64,000 nt of DNA from a virus: the IMG/VR virus record IMGVR_UViG_3300030060_003575, positions 11,142 to 75,141 of that record. One strand, 5' to 3'. The translations under genes and the position numbers were made by a program. Below, piece by piece: positions 48,287 through 58,353 of the stretch. A model generated the notes under the pieces. That model made no database searches. It was given only the letters and a program-made list of their open reading frames with translations, and was not told the origin of the DNA. How positions within the stretch are numbered: the stretch's first letter is position 1; each line of letters begins with the position of its first letter.

Positions 48287-48750
48287 CTTGGCAAGATATT
48301 CTTAAGATTAGACCTAGAAAAAGAAAGCGTCAAATCAACCCACCTAATATCTTTGCTGGAGAAACTAATGAAGAGAATCCAAGAAGAATTATGGGCAGGG
48401 GTGTAATGAGAGATTTACGAACAGGAGAAGAAGTCGAATCCATAAAAGAAAATACTCCCAAAGCAAAGCACCACGCACGAAAAATAAAACAAAGACAGGG
48501 TTCAATAAGAGAATCAAACACAAGAGCAGGAATTGCCAGTGCAGAACCGGGAGATTTCACAGGGTTTAGTAAAAACCCTAGAATTGGTGCAAAAAAAGCA
48601 AGGAAGGCAACAAAAACATTTCCTAGAAATAGATGTGCTAGATGTGGCCGTATGTTATCAGCAAGGAAAAGAAATGATATTAGGGTGAAAGGTAAAGACT
48701 TAAGATTATCATTTTGTGATGAATGTGCAGCAGACATGGTGAAAGAATGA
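48283..48750 (+). CDS. WxxILK-tagged basic protein with C-terminal Zn finger
   Basis: MTWQDILK; CARC...CDEC. Confidence 0.7.
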   Translation: MTWQDILKIRPRKRKRQINPPNIFAGETNEENPRRIMGRGVMRDLRTGEEVESIKENTPKAKHHARKIKQRQGSIRESNTRAGIASAEPGDFTGFSKNPRIGAKKARKATKTFPRNRCARCGRMLSARKRNDIRVKGKDLRLSFCDECAADMVKE

Positions 48751-49235
48751 CTTGGTTCGATATAGTCAAACAATTTGATTGGCGTAAAAATAGAGATGCA
48801 AGAATAATGAGACCATCAGGAGAACCATCAGGAGATGCACCAACAGAAGAACTTGAAGATATTAAATTTACAAATGTTGGGGGTAGCGGTAAAACACAGG
48901 TTAGCGCAATGGGGTTTAAAGCAGCAAGAGACAACTATACAGCATTTAAAAAAGCAAATATAAATTCGCATTATGAAAATGTTGCAAACATATTAGAAAA
49001 GTATTCAAAGACAAGAACTGTTCAACCACAAAGAAATCTTATGGAAGAGTATATGGCTGATTATTGGGAAGATAGTTTAGTATCACTTAGAAATTTGTAT
49101 GTGAATATAGAAAAGATAGCAAAAGAAGTGGATAATAAATTCAAAGATGAACCTGAATATCTAACTGGTAAAGATAGTGCATATGTTTTACAGCAGGCTA
49201 ATAAAATCAGACAAGAAGATGAGGCGGCGTTATAA
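48747..49235 (+). CDS. WxxILK-tagged hypothetical protein
   Basis: MTWFDIVK at an ATGA overlap. Confidence 0.7.
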   Translation: MTWFDIVKQFDWRKNRDARIMRPSGEPSGDAPTEELEDIKFTNVGGSGKTQVSAMGFKAARDNYTAFKKANINSHYENVANILEKYSKTRTVQPQRNLMEEYMADYWEDSLVSLRNLYVNIEKIAKEVDNKFKDEPEYLTGKDSAYVLQQANKIRQEDEAAL

Positions 49236-49558
49236 TGGAAGTTTGGTTTGAGATAATTCAAAAGAAAAGTAAACGCCGAAGAAAGGCTGGTCGCAAGAAA
49301 AGAAGAAAGAAATCTTCTGGTGGTCGCTGCACAAGAGCAACGAAGAAAACATCATCTACAAGAAAAGGTAAGAAATGGATGAAATGTGTACCTGACGGTA
49401 ATGGTGGATATAAGAGAGTTCATTGGGGTCAAAGAGGTGTAACTGTTTCTGGTAAAAGAAAGGGTAAGAGAAGAAAATCATTTAGAGCAAGGCATAACTG
49501 TTCTAGTTGCGATAGTAGTGATTATTCTGCTAGATGTATGGCTTGCAGGGATTGGTGA
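49235..49558 (+). CDS. tagged highly basic Cys-rich protein
   Basis: MEVWFEIIQK; K/R tracts; RVHWGQ...RRKSFRARHNC. Confidence 0.7.
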   Translation: MEVWFEIIQKKSKRRRKAGRKKRRKKSSGGRCTRATKKTSSTRKGKKWMKCVPDGNGGYKRVHWGQRGVTVSGKRKGKRRKSFRARHNCSSCDSSDYSARCMACRDW

Positions 49559-49643
49559 AAATAATGGGATATGCGGCTAAACCTACAGAATGTTATAAAA
49601 CTTATAGAGCAAGAAAGAAGGCTATGATTGAGGAGGAAGAATA

Positions 49644-49829
49644 ATGTCTTGGTTTGAAGTTGTAAAGGCTAAAAAGAAGAAAGCCAGAAGGCGTAAGAAA
49701 AAGAAAAATGTAGATGATTGTTGTACTAGAAAGGTAAAGGCAAGATATGATGTTTGGCCGTCTGCTTATGCTTCTGGTGCAGTTGTGCGATGTAGAAAGG
49801 TTGGCTGTGCAAACTGGGGTAAATCATAA
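49644..49829 (+). CDS. tagged small basic protein
   Basis: MSWFEVVK; WPSAYASGAVVRCRK. Confidence 0.7.
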   Translation: MSWFEVVKAKKKKARRRKKKKNVDDCCTRKVKARYDVWPSAYASGAVVRCRKVGCANWGKS

Positions 49830-50662
49830 TGTCTTGGATGATGGTTCTAAAGAAAGATTCTAAGTGGAATGAAAAAACACTTAATGCCGAGCGAAGGCAA
49901 CTCTTAAACAAAGAACCATCATTAAAGGTAGAATTTCCAGAAATGTCACACCCAAGTAATGAAAGTGAAATACCAAAAGTTATTGAAGCAATTAAGAATA
50001 ATAAATTAGATGATAAAACACAAACTGATTTAGACAAAAACTTCAATGAAAAAATGCTTGAGATTGTAGGCGAAGATATAAAAGATTGGCAACAGTTAAT
50101 TGAAGATATGAACATAATGATAATTAAATTAAAGATGAAATATAAAAGACCAAGACCTTATGAGGTGACAGATAAAATAGATTCAGTAACTGGAACTGAT
50201 GATAGCCCTTCTTTCCCTAGTGGACATGCAACAGAATCTCATGCAATGGCAAAAATACTTGGTAATAAATATCCTGATAAGCAAGGTGAATTAGAAGACT
50301 ATGCAAATAAAATAGCATTACATAGAATGCAAATTGGAAGTCATTATCCTAGTGATATAGAAGCAGGTAAAAAGACAGGGCAGTTAATTGCTGATGCATA
50401 TTTATCTACAAATAAACTTGAGAAGTGGCAAGACATTATTGTTAAAGGTAACTTACATCAATGGTTTAAAAGAAGGGGAGGAAAAGAAACCAAAGATGGA
50501 AAAACACAAGGAGGATGGATTGACTGTTCCTCCTGTGGAAGTAAAAATGGGCCTAAACCATGTGGAAGAAAAGACGCTTCAGTAGGCAGAAAGAGAAGAT
50601 GTAGACCAACTTGTTCAGCCTGTAAAGATTATCCAAGAAGAAAAGGGAGAGGAAAAAAATGA
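49829..50662 (+). CDS. tagged PAP2-superfamily phosphatase fused to a basic Cys-rich module
   Basis: KxxxxRPRP, SFPSGH, RxxxGxHYPSD; an internal WQDIIVK precedes the second module. Confidence 0.85.
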   Translation: MSWMMVLKKDSKWNEKTLNAERRQLLNKEPSLKVEFPEMSHPSNESEIPKVIEAIKNNKLDDKTQTDLDKNFNEKMLEIVGEDIKDWQQLIEDMNIMIIKLKMKYKRPRPYEVTDKIDSVTGTDDSPSFPSGHATESHAMAKILGNKYPDKQGELEDYANKIALHRMQIGSHYPSDIEAGKKTGQLIADAYLSTNKLEKWQDIIVKGNLHQWFKRRGGKETKDGKTQGGWIDCSSCGSKNGPKPCGRKDASVGRKRRCRPTCSACKDYPRRKGRGKK

Positions 50663-50976
50663 GTTGGTTTAAAGTGATGAAATTAGATAACGTTGATATT
50701 GCTAGGATAGTGTTAGAAGGGCAACCAACCGACAATACTCCGGGAAACTATGACCCTTGCTGTGAAGGAGCAAGAGAAGCAGCAGAAAGACAATTACGTG
50801 ATTATGGCGACATTGGAGATAATGTAATAGGAAGTTCAGATTGGAAAAATTTAAATTGTGTTAATCTAAGAAAAGAAATAGAAATGTTTGCTGATATGGG
50901 TTTTCCTGGTATGATACTAATAGTAGAAGCATGGGATAAATGTGCAAATATGGGTGGTGCCGATGACTTGGTTTGA
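50659..50976 (+). CDS. tagged protein, CC...WxxC family
   Basis: MSWFKVMK; PCC...C...WDKC. Confidence 0.7.
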   Translation: MSWFKVMKLDNVDIARIVLEGQPTDNTPGNYDPCCEGAREAAERQLRDYGDIGDNVIGSSDWKNLNCVNLRKEIEMFADMGFPGMILIVEAWDKCANMGGADDLV

Positions 50977-51316
50977 TTTAGTTAAATCTTCAGAAATGAA
51001 GGAATTTGAAATGCTTGCTGAGAAGTATGCAAAACCTAATGATATGAAACATTTAGATTATCTTAGAAAGAAACACGGAAAGAAAAGTCCACAGTTTTAT
51101 GATACATTAGACAAACAAATAGACTCTTTCTTAACTGATGAGTGGGTTAGCATTCAAGAAATTGTTAAATCTTTAAGAAAACAAAATCCCGGATTAAAGG
51201 ATTCTGATGAAAACCTAACTGCATTTTTACGCAAGCGATTAGATAGTATGGACATTAAGAAGAAACAAGAACCCGCAGTAGGAAGAACGGGTAAAAAAAC
51301 ATTTTACAGGTCATAA
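50963..51316 (+). CDS. tagged hypothetical protein (possible winged helix)
   Basis: MTWFDLVK. Confidence 0.65.
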   Translation: MTWFDLVKSSEMKEFEMLAEKYAKPNDMKHLDYLRKKHGKKSPQFYDTLDKQIDSFLTDEWVSIQEIVKSLRKQNPGLKDSDENLTAFLRKRLDSMDIKKKQEPAVGRTGKKTFYRS

Positions 51317-51317
51317 T

Positions 51318-53801
51318 ATGAGTATGTTAATGAAGGCTTTACTTAAAGCATTAGGTGTTGGTCGTGAGATTGGTACCGAAGATGAAGCACAAGCATTATG
51401 GTCAGAGACATTAGGAAAGTTGGGATATAAACCACAACAAGCCTTTCCTGATAATATGACAAAGGGAACAGATAGGCTTCTTGGTGACCCTACTATTGGA
51501 AGAACGACAAGTGTTGTAGACCATGTGTTTAAACCTCGTTTTATAACTAAAACTTATTATGATTTAGAAACTGGAGTGCCTTTGTATAGTAGAACTAAAG
51601 GAGTATTAAGTAATCCTGACCTTGTTATTTGGGCTGGAATAGTTGGAATGAGAGATGTTCTAGGTAATAGATTCCCTAAATCAGATGATGATAAAAGAAC
51701 AGATATTTATAGAGAAGGCCATCCAGCATTAGGTGGTAAAAAACAACAGCCTGTAATGATTGAAGCAAGTAAAATACTTAGTCGAGAGGGACAACCGTTT
51801 ACTGGTGAACAACCAGATAAATTACCTGCCTTTGATTCTTTAGAGGAACAAGAGAAATGGTTAGAAACAAACTATCCTGAATATCATAAATGGCTAGTAG
51901 AGAATTTACACATGCCAATTGAAGCACAAGGTAATTTAGACAAGTTAGGTGTAAGCAAAGATAGAGCAGATTTATTAAGATTAGTAGATGAAATAACTCC
52001 TAAAAATTTAATAAATACAGTGTTTGATGATGCTGTCAAAGAAGACAATGATAAATATCAAATAGTTTTAATCGCAAATGACAGCGTTAAAAGTAAAGTT
52101 ACTGATAGAGGTTTTGTTAGAATATTTTCAGATGGTTATTATAGAACACTCATGGATTCAGATGAAGTTTCTGATTACATTAAATTAGCATTAGAAAAAA
52201 TAAACAGCGATGAAGGTAGAGTTATCGGGGCAAAGTCCGAATACTTTATTAGACTGCCTCAGGGTGCAAAGTTGAAGTCTAAAGTTGCTAAATGGTTAAA
52301 CGAATTAAAGGTAGGTAAAACAATGTTTGATGACAAAAAGAAAGATTCCGAATGGCGGAATATAATTAAAAACGAAGGTAAGAAAGGTGCCGATGAACAA
52401 GCAACCATTTCGCAAAGGTCTAAAGGTAGTATGTATCAGGATGATTGGGAAGTTGAGGGTGAGTTAGATAGATTTACAGCACTTCCAAAAGATGCTGCTA
52501 AAGTGGTTAGAGATAAAGGAGTAGCGAGTGAAGATACTAACTGTTGTCTTTTAGTTAAAGATAACATTCAAGACTATATTAGATTTGAAGAGCCTAGAAT
52601 TCATCAAGTTTTCGGTACTGACAGAGTTCGACAAATTATTAGTGAACAATTAACCTGCCCAGATATAGAGGAAATGTTTGTGGAGGAAGGCCGAAGAACA
52701 GGTGAGGTAAAAAACCAGCAGGGTACTGTTCTGTATAGAGGTAGATTACCAGAAAAGAAGATAACTATTGATTTTAATGACCAAATGACTCCTAAAGGTA
52801 AACCATATAGAGCAGGTGGAACTGCAAAGGTAACAATAGATATACATAAACCTGCACCGTTTATGATGCATGCTGGTAAAGGTTCGTTAACACCTAAAAT
52901 GGCATATGATTTAATGGATTTTGAGTATGACACTAGAGGATATAGTAGTAGAGATACACCTGCTAGACAAAAGCCCGGTACTGGTATGAGTTACAGTTTA
53001 GTAGATATATATCTAATATGTAAAACAGGAGAAATACAAGTACCCGGAAGTAAAAAGATTAGATTACGAACTGGTGACGAATCTGAAAACTTAAGTTATT
53101 ATGAAGACGTAGGAATGGATATGAAAGTATCTCAAAAAACTAAAGACATGATAATTTCAACTTGGGTAAGAAGTTATGGTGGCAATCCTATATCATTACA
53201 GAGAGGACAGTTATCACCAGCAGAATTAGCCAAAATGAAAAAAGAATGGCCTGATGGACATGCTATGTATAGAGGGGAAAAACAAGTTTCTGATACAGGA
53301 AAAGTTACAGTTAGAGAAATGAATCTAAACGAAAGAATGAGAGAATCTTTCTGGGATGATGAAGATGAACTTAGTAGATTTTTACATGAGAAAAAGATGA
53401 AAGAAAAGTATCCTAATAGACCAGATATGTGGGGTAAAGCACCTAGAGTTGATAGAGGACATTCTGATATGAGCCAAAGCCCAGATAGAAAACTGAGTGA
53501 AGAAGAGAGGAAGAAAAGAGGATGGGGCTTAAAGGATTACGATGTAGCAACAAGAAAGAGAATGACTATTTGGACTAAAATACCAGACGCAGGTGAAGAT
53601 ACTACTTTTTATGATTCCTTGCTTGACATGTTAGATAGTTTAGATGCTAACGCATTGGTAGGTATAAAGGATATTAGTGAACTAGACACAAAAGACCCTA
53701 TACAGGAAAAAATAAGTGAGATGACAACCTTCCCTGTATTACAACACGGTAGTGAACTTATTACAAACGATATAGGGAAGTATATTAAGGATAGATTGTG
53801 A
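51318..53801 (+). CDS. large hypothetical protein with an internal WRNIIK tag and CC module
   Basis: 827-aa ORF. Confidence 0.75.
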   Translation: MSMLMKALLKALGVGREIGTEDEAQALWSETLGKLGYKPQQAFPDNMTKGTDRLLGDPTIGRTTSVVDHVFKPRFITKTYYDLETGVPLYSRTKGVLSNPDLVIWAGIVGMRDVLGNRFPKSDDDKRTDIYREGHPALGGKKQQPVMIEASKILSREGQPFTGEQPDKLPAFDSLEEQEKWLETNYPEYHKWLVENLHMPIEAQGNLDKLGVSKDRADLLRLVDEITPKNLINTVFDDAVKEDNDKYQIVLIANDSVKSKVTDRGFVRIFSDGYYRTLMDSDEVSDYIKLALEKINSDEGRVIGAKSEYFIRLPQGAKLKSKVAKWLNELKVGKTMFDDKKKDSEWRNIIKNEGKKGADEQATISQRSKGSMYQDDWEVEGELDRFTALPKDAAKVVRDKGVASEDTNCCLLVKDNIQDYIRFEEPRIHQVFGTDRVRQIISEQLTCPDIEEMFVEEGRRTGEVKNQQGTVLYRGRLPEKKITIDFNDQMTPKGKPYRAGGTAKVTIDIHKPAPFMMHAGKGSLTPKMAYDLMDFEYDTRGYSSRDTPARQKPGTGMSYSLVDIYLICKTGEIQVPGSKKIRLRTGDESENLSYYEDVGMDMKVSQKTKDMIISTWVRSYGGNPISLQRGQLSPAELAKMKKEWPDGHAMYRGEKQVSDTGKVTVREMNLNERMRESFWDDEDELSRFLHEKKMKEKYPNRPDMWGKAPRVDRGHSDMSQSPDRKLSEEERKKRGWGLKDYDVATRKRMTIWTKIPDAGEDTTFYDSLLDMLDSLDANALVGIKDISELDTKDPIQEKISEMTTFPVLQHGSELITNDIGKYIKDRL

Positions 53802-53962
53802 TGGGTTGGTTTGAATTACTTAAAACGCAAGGTGCGGTTGTTTCGGGTGCAGCGTATGGCGGAGAAGGTAATGAAGGAACTGATGCATTGTTTAACATAA
53901 CCTATGATGGGTTTGAGGAAGAAGATTGGGAGGAATGGATGCGTGGCAAAGAAAGGAAATAA
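53801..53962 (+). CDS. tagged micro-protein (53 aa)
   Basis: Manual translation MGWFELLKTQG...; TGATG overlap with the upstream stop. Confidence 0.65.
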   Translation: MGWFELLKTQGAVVSGAAYGGEGNEGTDALFNITYDGFEEEDWEEWMRGKERK

Positions 53963-55079
53963 AAAGAAAGCATCAAGACCTATTAAGGGTCGAGGGTATG
54001 CTGGTATTCAAGAGTTTGATTATGGTAAGTTTCAACAAATGTTTGATGCTTGGAAAACCCAGTGTAATGTAGGTGGTTCTAAACTAGGAGTAACATCAGG
54101 AACTAAACTTATTGATTTAATAAAAAATCATGGTGTGGTTGCTAGACCTTATACTAAGAATAAAGTTAGCAGAACTGAAGGTGCAGGTAGTATTGTTGAA
54201 ATGTTAGAAGAGTGGGATAATGATGCTGCTATATTAGAAGAGGTGGATTTAGAGGCTCTTGATGATGTTATCAAAGCATTAGATAATATGAGAGACTCAG
54301 ATACTGACCCAAGAAACATTAGATTTACTGTTCCTGTACCATCAGAGATAGATGAAGATACTGGTGACTATGATGATGATGATGTGACAATTGTTTATGG
54401 GCATTATCGAACACCTGATTATAATAAAGTAAGAGAAATATTATCTGGAGTTTCTGGCAGAGAAAAGAAAGAAACCATTTCTCCTGTTAACTCTAGTTGG
54501 TATGCAATAGGAAGTGATGGTAAGAATACAGCAAAGCCTCCTATGTGGCAAGCATTATTTGCTAATGGTGATGGGGATGTTGTTAAATATGGATTGTATT
54601 ATATTTGCCAAGAAGCAAAGAAATTGACTAAGGAAGCAACTATTACTAACTTAAAGTTAAAAGTTGATGATGAAGGAGATGGTCTGCTTGCAGCAGATTT
54701 GATTAAGATACCTTCTGTAAAGAGATGGGTAGAATCTAAAGTTGGAACTATGACTACTCCCGGCCCCGGTATAAACAAGAAAACATTACATTGGATGGAC
54801 AGACCAATGTATAATGAAGCAATTAATGAAAAGTTTGCAGTAGCAGGCCTTAATCAAAGTGAGTTTTTGAAAAGAGAGGGTGGTCTAGACGAGATAGCAG
54901 GAACTATAAAGACATTTCAATTAAATATATCTAGAAGACAAGTTAGAAAATTAGCAACATTAACTGGTAAGTGTAAGAAATATCCAGGAAGAGATGTTGT
55001 TTATCACGTTAGTAAAGATGTTGAAAAGAAAAAGGAGGTTAAGAAATCATGGGAACAGATTATTGGGAAGACATTATAA
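53904..55079 (+). CDS. hypothetical protein with C-terminal SWEQII motif (start possibly GTG 53943)
   Basis: 391-aa ORF. Confidence 0.75.
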   Translation: MMGLRKKIGRNGCVAKKGNKKKASRPIKGRGYAGIQEFDYGKFQQMFDAWKTQCNVGGSKLGVTSGTKLIDLIKNHGVVARPYTKNKVSRTEGAGSIVEMLEEWDNDAAILEEVDLEALDDVIKALDNMRDSDTDPRNIRFTVPVPSEIDEDTGDYDDDDVTIVYGHYRTPDYNKVREILSGVSGREKKETISPVNSSWYAIGSDGKNTAKPPMWQALFANGDGDVVKYGLYYICQEAKKLTKEATITNLKLKVDDEGDGLLAADLIKIPSVKRWVESKVGTMTTPGPGINKKTLHWMDRPMYNEAINEKFAVAGLNQSEFLKREGGLDEIAGTIKTFQLNISRRQVRKLATLTGKCKKYPGRDVVYHVSKDVEKKKEVKKSWEQIIGKTL

Positions 55080-55339
55080 AAGTAGATTGTGATAAAAGGG
55101 CAATGCTTTATTTTTTTGAAGAAGCAGGGCGTTTAGATTTATCTGATGTTGAATTAAATATGTTTAAAGAACATAGCGCAAGACCTCGCCATTTGTTATT
55201 ATATATTTCAAAGGTAGATGAAAAATTAAAATTAGTAACAGACCCAATGGAAAGAAGAAGAGGTAATGATTTGAGAAGAGTTATTGCATTAACTCTTGAT
55301 ATGCATAAAAGATGCTTACAAAGTAGTGGTAAAAGATGA
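55049..55339 (+). CDS. tagged hypothetical protein
   Basis: YWEDIIK. Confidence 0.65.
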   Translation: MGTDYWEDIIKVDCDKRAMLYFFEEAGRLDLSDVELNMFKEHSARPRHLLLYISKVDEKLKLVTDPMERRRGNDLRRVIALTLDMHKRCLQSSGKR

Positions 55340-55563
55340 GTTGGGAAAATATATTAAAAAATGAAGCAAAAGTCATGCAAATATATACTGAGGTAAAACG
55401 TAGGTATCCTCATTATTGGGAAGAGGCATCACAGTTAGCAGGACAAGGAGAAGTAGCAACATTAGATTCTATTGTAATGCGAACAATTAAAGAGAATTTA
55501 GATAAAGGTAATATTGTTGAATTAGCAGCAATGGCAGCCGAGAGTTATATATTTAGTAATTAG
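55336..55563 (+). CDS. tagged hypothetical protein
   Basis: MSWENILK. Confidence 0.7.
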   Translation: MSWENILKNEAKVMQIYTEVKRRYPHYWEEASQLAGQGEVATLDSIVMRTIKENLDKGNIVELAAMAAESYIFSN

Positions 55564-55571
55564 GTGATAAA

Positions 55572-56228
55572 ATGGTAACAAGAAAAAGATGTAAGTTATG
55601 TAATCACGAAGACCGTGATGATATAGAAGCAGCATTAGAAACTATGGCTAGAAGGCCAGATGCAATAGATTTAGAATATGGGTGGCCTAGTGGCACTACG
55701 GCTAAACACCAGAGAAATCATATGGGAGAATATTATGACGCTTCTAATCCTAGATGTAAGATTTGCACCCATGAATTGAGAGGGCTTATTGAAGAACAAT
55801 TAAGTGAAGGTAAAGTCACTCCTGATTTAGTCGCAAGAATGGCAGATTGTTCAGAAGAGCAGGTTAAGCGTCACATGAGGAAACATTTGCAGCCGTTAGT
55901 TCAGAAGACTGCGGCAAGCATTATAGCCGTGAAGGAAGTGGATGAAGTTGAGTCCTTGAGCAAGATTCTTGTGAGACTTGAAGACAAGTTAGATTTGTTA
56001 TTTGACCAAGATGAAATACATCCTAAATATATTGATAGTTTAACGAAATTAGCAAAGGAAGTAAGAGAAAGTCTAAGATACTTATTAGAATTCAAAGGTA
56101 AATTAGTACACAAGAGACAAGATACAGTTATTGTTGCACAAATGCAAATTGTTCAAGAAGTATTAGCACAAAATCATCCACAAGTTTGGTTAGACGTTAA
56201 ACAAAAAATGGAAGAGAAGTTAGCATGA
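55572..56228 (+). CDS. putative terminase small subunit-like / DNA-binding protein
   Basis: Two CxxC-HTH-HxxxH repeats plus a helical oligomerisation region; GGTGA RBS; lacks the tag. Confidence 0.5.
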   Translation: MVTRKRCKLCNHEDRDDIEAALETMARRPDAIDLEYGWPSGTTAKHQRNHMGEYYDASNPRCKICTHELRGLIEEQLSEGKVTPDLVARMADCSEEQVKRHMRKHLQPLVQKTAASIIAVKEVDEVESLSKILVRLEDKLDLLFDQDEIHPKYIDSLTKLAKEVRESLRYLLEFKGKLVHKRQDTVIVAQMQIVQEVLAQNHPQVWLDVKQKMEEKLA

Positions 56229-56521
56229 ATTGGTTTGATATAATTAAAGGAAAATATATTTCTCGTAAAGTAATGAAACAAATAAAAGAAGGAATAGAAA
56301 GCGTGGATGGGGTTACAATTGATGAAATTATTGCTAGTAAAAATCAACATTTAAAAATACATTGTACGTATGAAGGAGAAGATAGTCCTGATGGTAAACC
56401 TGTTAAATTTATTATAACAACATCTGGAAGAGGCGCAGTAGTTAGTAAAGTAAAAGCCTTAATGAAAAAGAATGTTAAACAAGCACTAGAAAGAAAAAAT
56501 GTATTTATAGGAGAATGGTAA
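56225..56521 (+). CDS. tagged HicA-like (dsRBD-fold) protein
   Basis: MNWFDIIK; G..I....KNQHLKI...IITTS pattern. Confidence 0.45.
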   Translation: MNWFDIIKGKYISRKVMKQIKEGIESVDGVTIDEIIASKNQHLKIHCTYEGEDSPDGKPVKFIITTSGRGAVVSKVKALMKKNVKQALERKNVFIGEW

Positions 56522-56522
56522 C

Positions 56523-56699
56523 ATGAGTTGGAAAAATATTTTGAAAGAAGATAAAGGATTAGGTGATACTATTGAAAGGGTCACTAAAGCAACTGGTATA
56601 AAAAAAGCAGTTGATTATGTATCTGAGAAGACTGGAAAAGACTGTGGCTGTGCTGCTAGAAAAGAAAAACTAAATGAGAGGTTTAGTTATGGAAATTAG
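56523..56699 (+). CDS. tagged micro-protein (58 aa)
   Basis: Manual translation MSWKNILKEDKGLGDTIERVTKATGIKK...DCGCAARKEKLN. Confidence 0.7.
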   Translation: MSWKNILKEDKGLGDTIERVTKATGIKKAVDYVSEKTGKDCGCAARKEKLNERFSYGN

Positions 56700-57306
56700 A
56701 AAGAAGGATTATAGCCGCGTTTTTGATATGGTATTGGCAGAATTAAGAATGATGGGCTACGAAGGTATGGTCAATCATTTGAAGCAATATCCACCTAAGA
56801 AATTAAAAGGAACAATGTATAGTAGCGAGTTAGTATCTTCTTTGTTGGATGCTAAAGAAAACGCAGGCCCAGAACTAGGCGGTCTTAAATTATCAGAATT
56901 AACTTCTTTTGATAATTATGGAAATGTTAGAACTATGTTACAACATAAGGAAAGAGGTGATTGGTTTAATGAATTAAAGGCCAAACCTACAAATCCAAAT
57001 CTTGACCCTCCCGGTGGTGGTGAAATGGGTGGTGGGGGTGCAGGTGCAAGGCAACAAGTTGTTGTAATAAATGAAACTGCATTAGGTGATTGGGGAGAAG
57101 GAGACCCCGATGATGATAATGAGTGTGTTTGTGATATGTGTGATGAATATCCTATTTGGAAAAATCCAGATACACAAGAACAATTATGCCCAACTCATTT
57201 TGAAGAGAGAGTAGAACAAGTGGGTGGAAGTCACGGTTTCCAACCTTGGGATTGTGAAGATGATGAATACCGTGAATACGTTGATGATGTAGGAATTAGA
57301 CAATAG
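56689..57306 (+). CDS. hypothetical protein with internal WFNELK and C-terminal Zn finger
   Basis: Gly-rich linker; CDMC...CPTH. Confidence 0.65.
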   Translation: MEIRKKDYSRVFDMVLAELRMMGYEGMVNHLKQYPPKKLKGTMYSSELVSSLLDAKENAGPELGGLKLSELTSFDNYGNVRTMLQHKERGDWFNELKAKPTNPNLDPPGGGEMGGGGAGARQQVVVINETALGDWGEGDPDDDNECVCDMCDEYPIWKNPDTQEQLCPTHFEERVEQVGGSHGFQPWDCEDDEYREYVDDVGIRQ

Positions 57307-57314
57307 GTGAGAAA

Positions 57315-57434
57315 ATGAAGTGGCAAGAAATACTTAAATTAAAAGGAAAGCAGAAAAAACTTGACCGTAACAAAGATGGTAAAATAAGCGGTGAAGATTT
57401 TGAAATGTTAAGAGAAGAAGGTGAAGAAGAATGA
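57315..57434 (+). CDS. tagged EF-hand micro-protein (39 aa)
   Basis: Manual translation MKWQEILK...LDRNKDGKISGEDF; GGTGA RBS. Confidence 0.65.
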   Translation: MKWQEILKLKGKQKKLDRNKDGKISGEDFEMLREEGEEE

Positions 57435-58345
57435 CATGGTTTAAAACAATAAGAAAAGCACCCCCGCCATTTAAGCCAAGCGGTGATGAATACACTATAG
57501 TTCAAATAGCGGATATACCCGGTGCTCAAAAGTTATTCTCACCCGGTTATTTCCCTGCTGAACAATACTTACCAAGAGGTGGTTCTGATGTTACGGCTGA
57601 AGTTCGTAGATTACCTACTAAAAGATTTGCACCTTCACTTCGTAGTAAAAATTATCATGTTGGTTTAGTTACAATTCTTAATGTTGAAACAGGACAAGTT
57701 ACATACCCTTGGGCTAAAATGAGATTACAGAATGATATTATGTCTCCACCTACTGCAATGGAATTAAGATTAGGTCAAGGACAAGAACCCCTTGATTTAG
57801 AGGATGATGAAATAGGTTTGATGGTTCACATGAGAGATGGTAGAATACCTAGAATGAAGTTTGCATTTGAAGTATATGGATTTGTACCACCAGAAAGCAA
57901 GTTCTTAGACACTATAGAAGTTCCTACTGGTGTGGAACCTATGGATTATGATTTAACAAATGGTGCAGTAGCAGCATTACTATTATTTACACAAATGACA
58001 AAGCCTAGAGAAAGTAAAAGAAGAAAACAGGAATTTGCTGCCTTTGGTTTGGGTGAGTTAAGTAAGGATACAGATAGTAAATACATAAAGGAACTTACAG
58101 ACAAAGGACTAATGAGAAGAGAAGCGGGACATGCACAAGCAAGCATGAGAAACTTCCCACGACCTACTCCTAAAGGAAAAGCAGCATCTAATAGATTTGA
58201 AATGCACCATGATGAGTTCTATGGTGAATTTAAGGATTTGGTTAGAAGAAGCCCAGATGCAGAGTTTGATTCTTTTAGTGACCAATATAGGCCAGATAGA
58301 GGTAGTGGTGAAGGAACAGGTAGTTTCAGAACTGATTTGGCTTAG
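57431..58345 (+). CDS. tagged hypothetical protein
   Basis: MTWFKTIRK. Confidence 0.75.
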   Translation: MTWFKTIRKAPPPFKPSGDEYTIVQIADIPGAQKLFSPGYFPAEQYLPRGGSDVTAEVRRLPTKRFAPSLRSKNYHVGLVTILNVETGQVTYPWAKMRLQNDIMSPPTAMELRLGQGQEPLDLEDDEIGLMVHMRDGRIPRMKFAFEVYGFVPPESKFLDTIEVPTGVEPMDYDLTNGAVAALLLFTQMTKPRESKRRKQEFAAFGLGELSKDTDSKYIKELTDKGLMRREAGHAQASMRNFPRPTPKGKAASNRFEMHHDEFYGEFKDLVRRSPDAEFDSFSDQYRPDRGSGEGTGSFRTDLA

Positions 58346-58353
58346 GTGATTAA

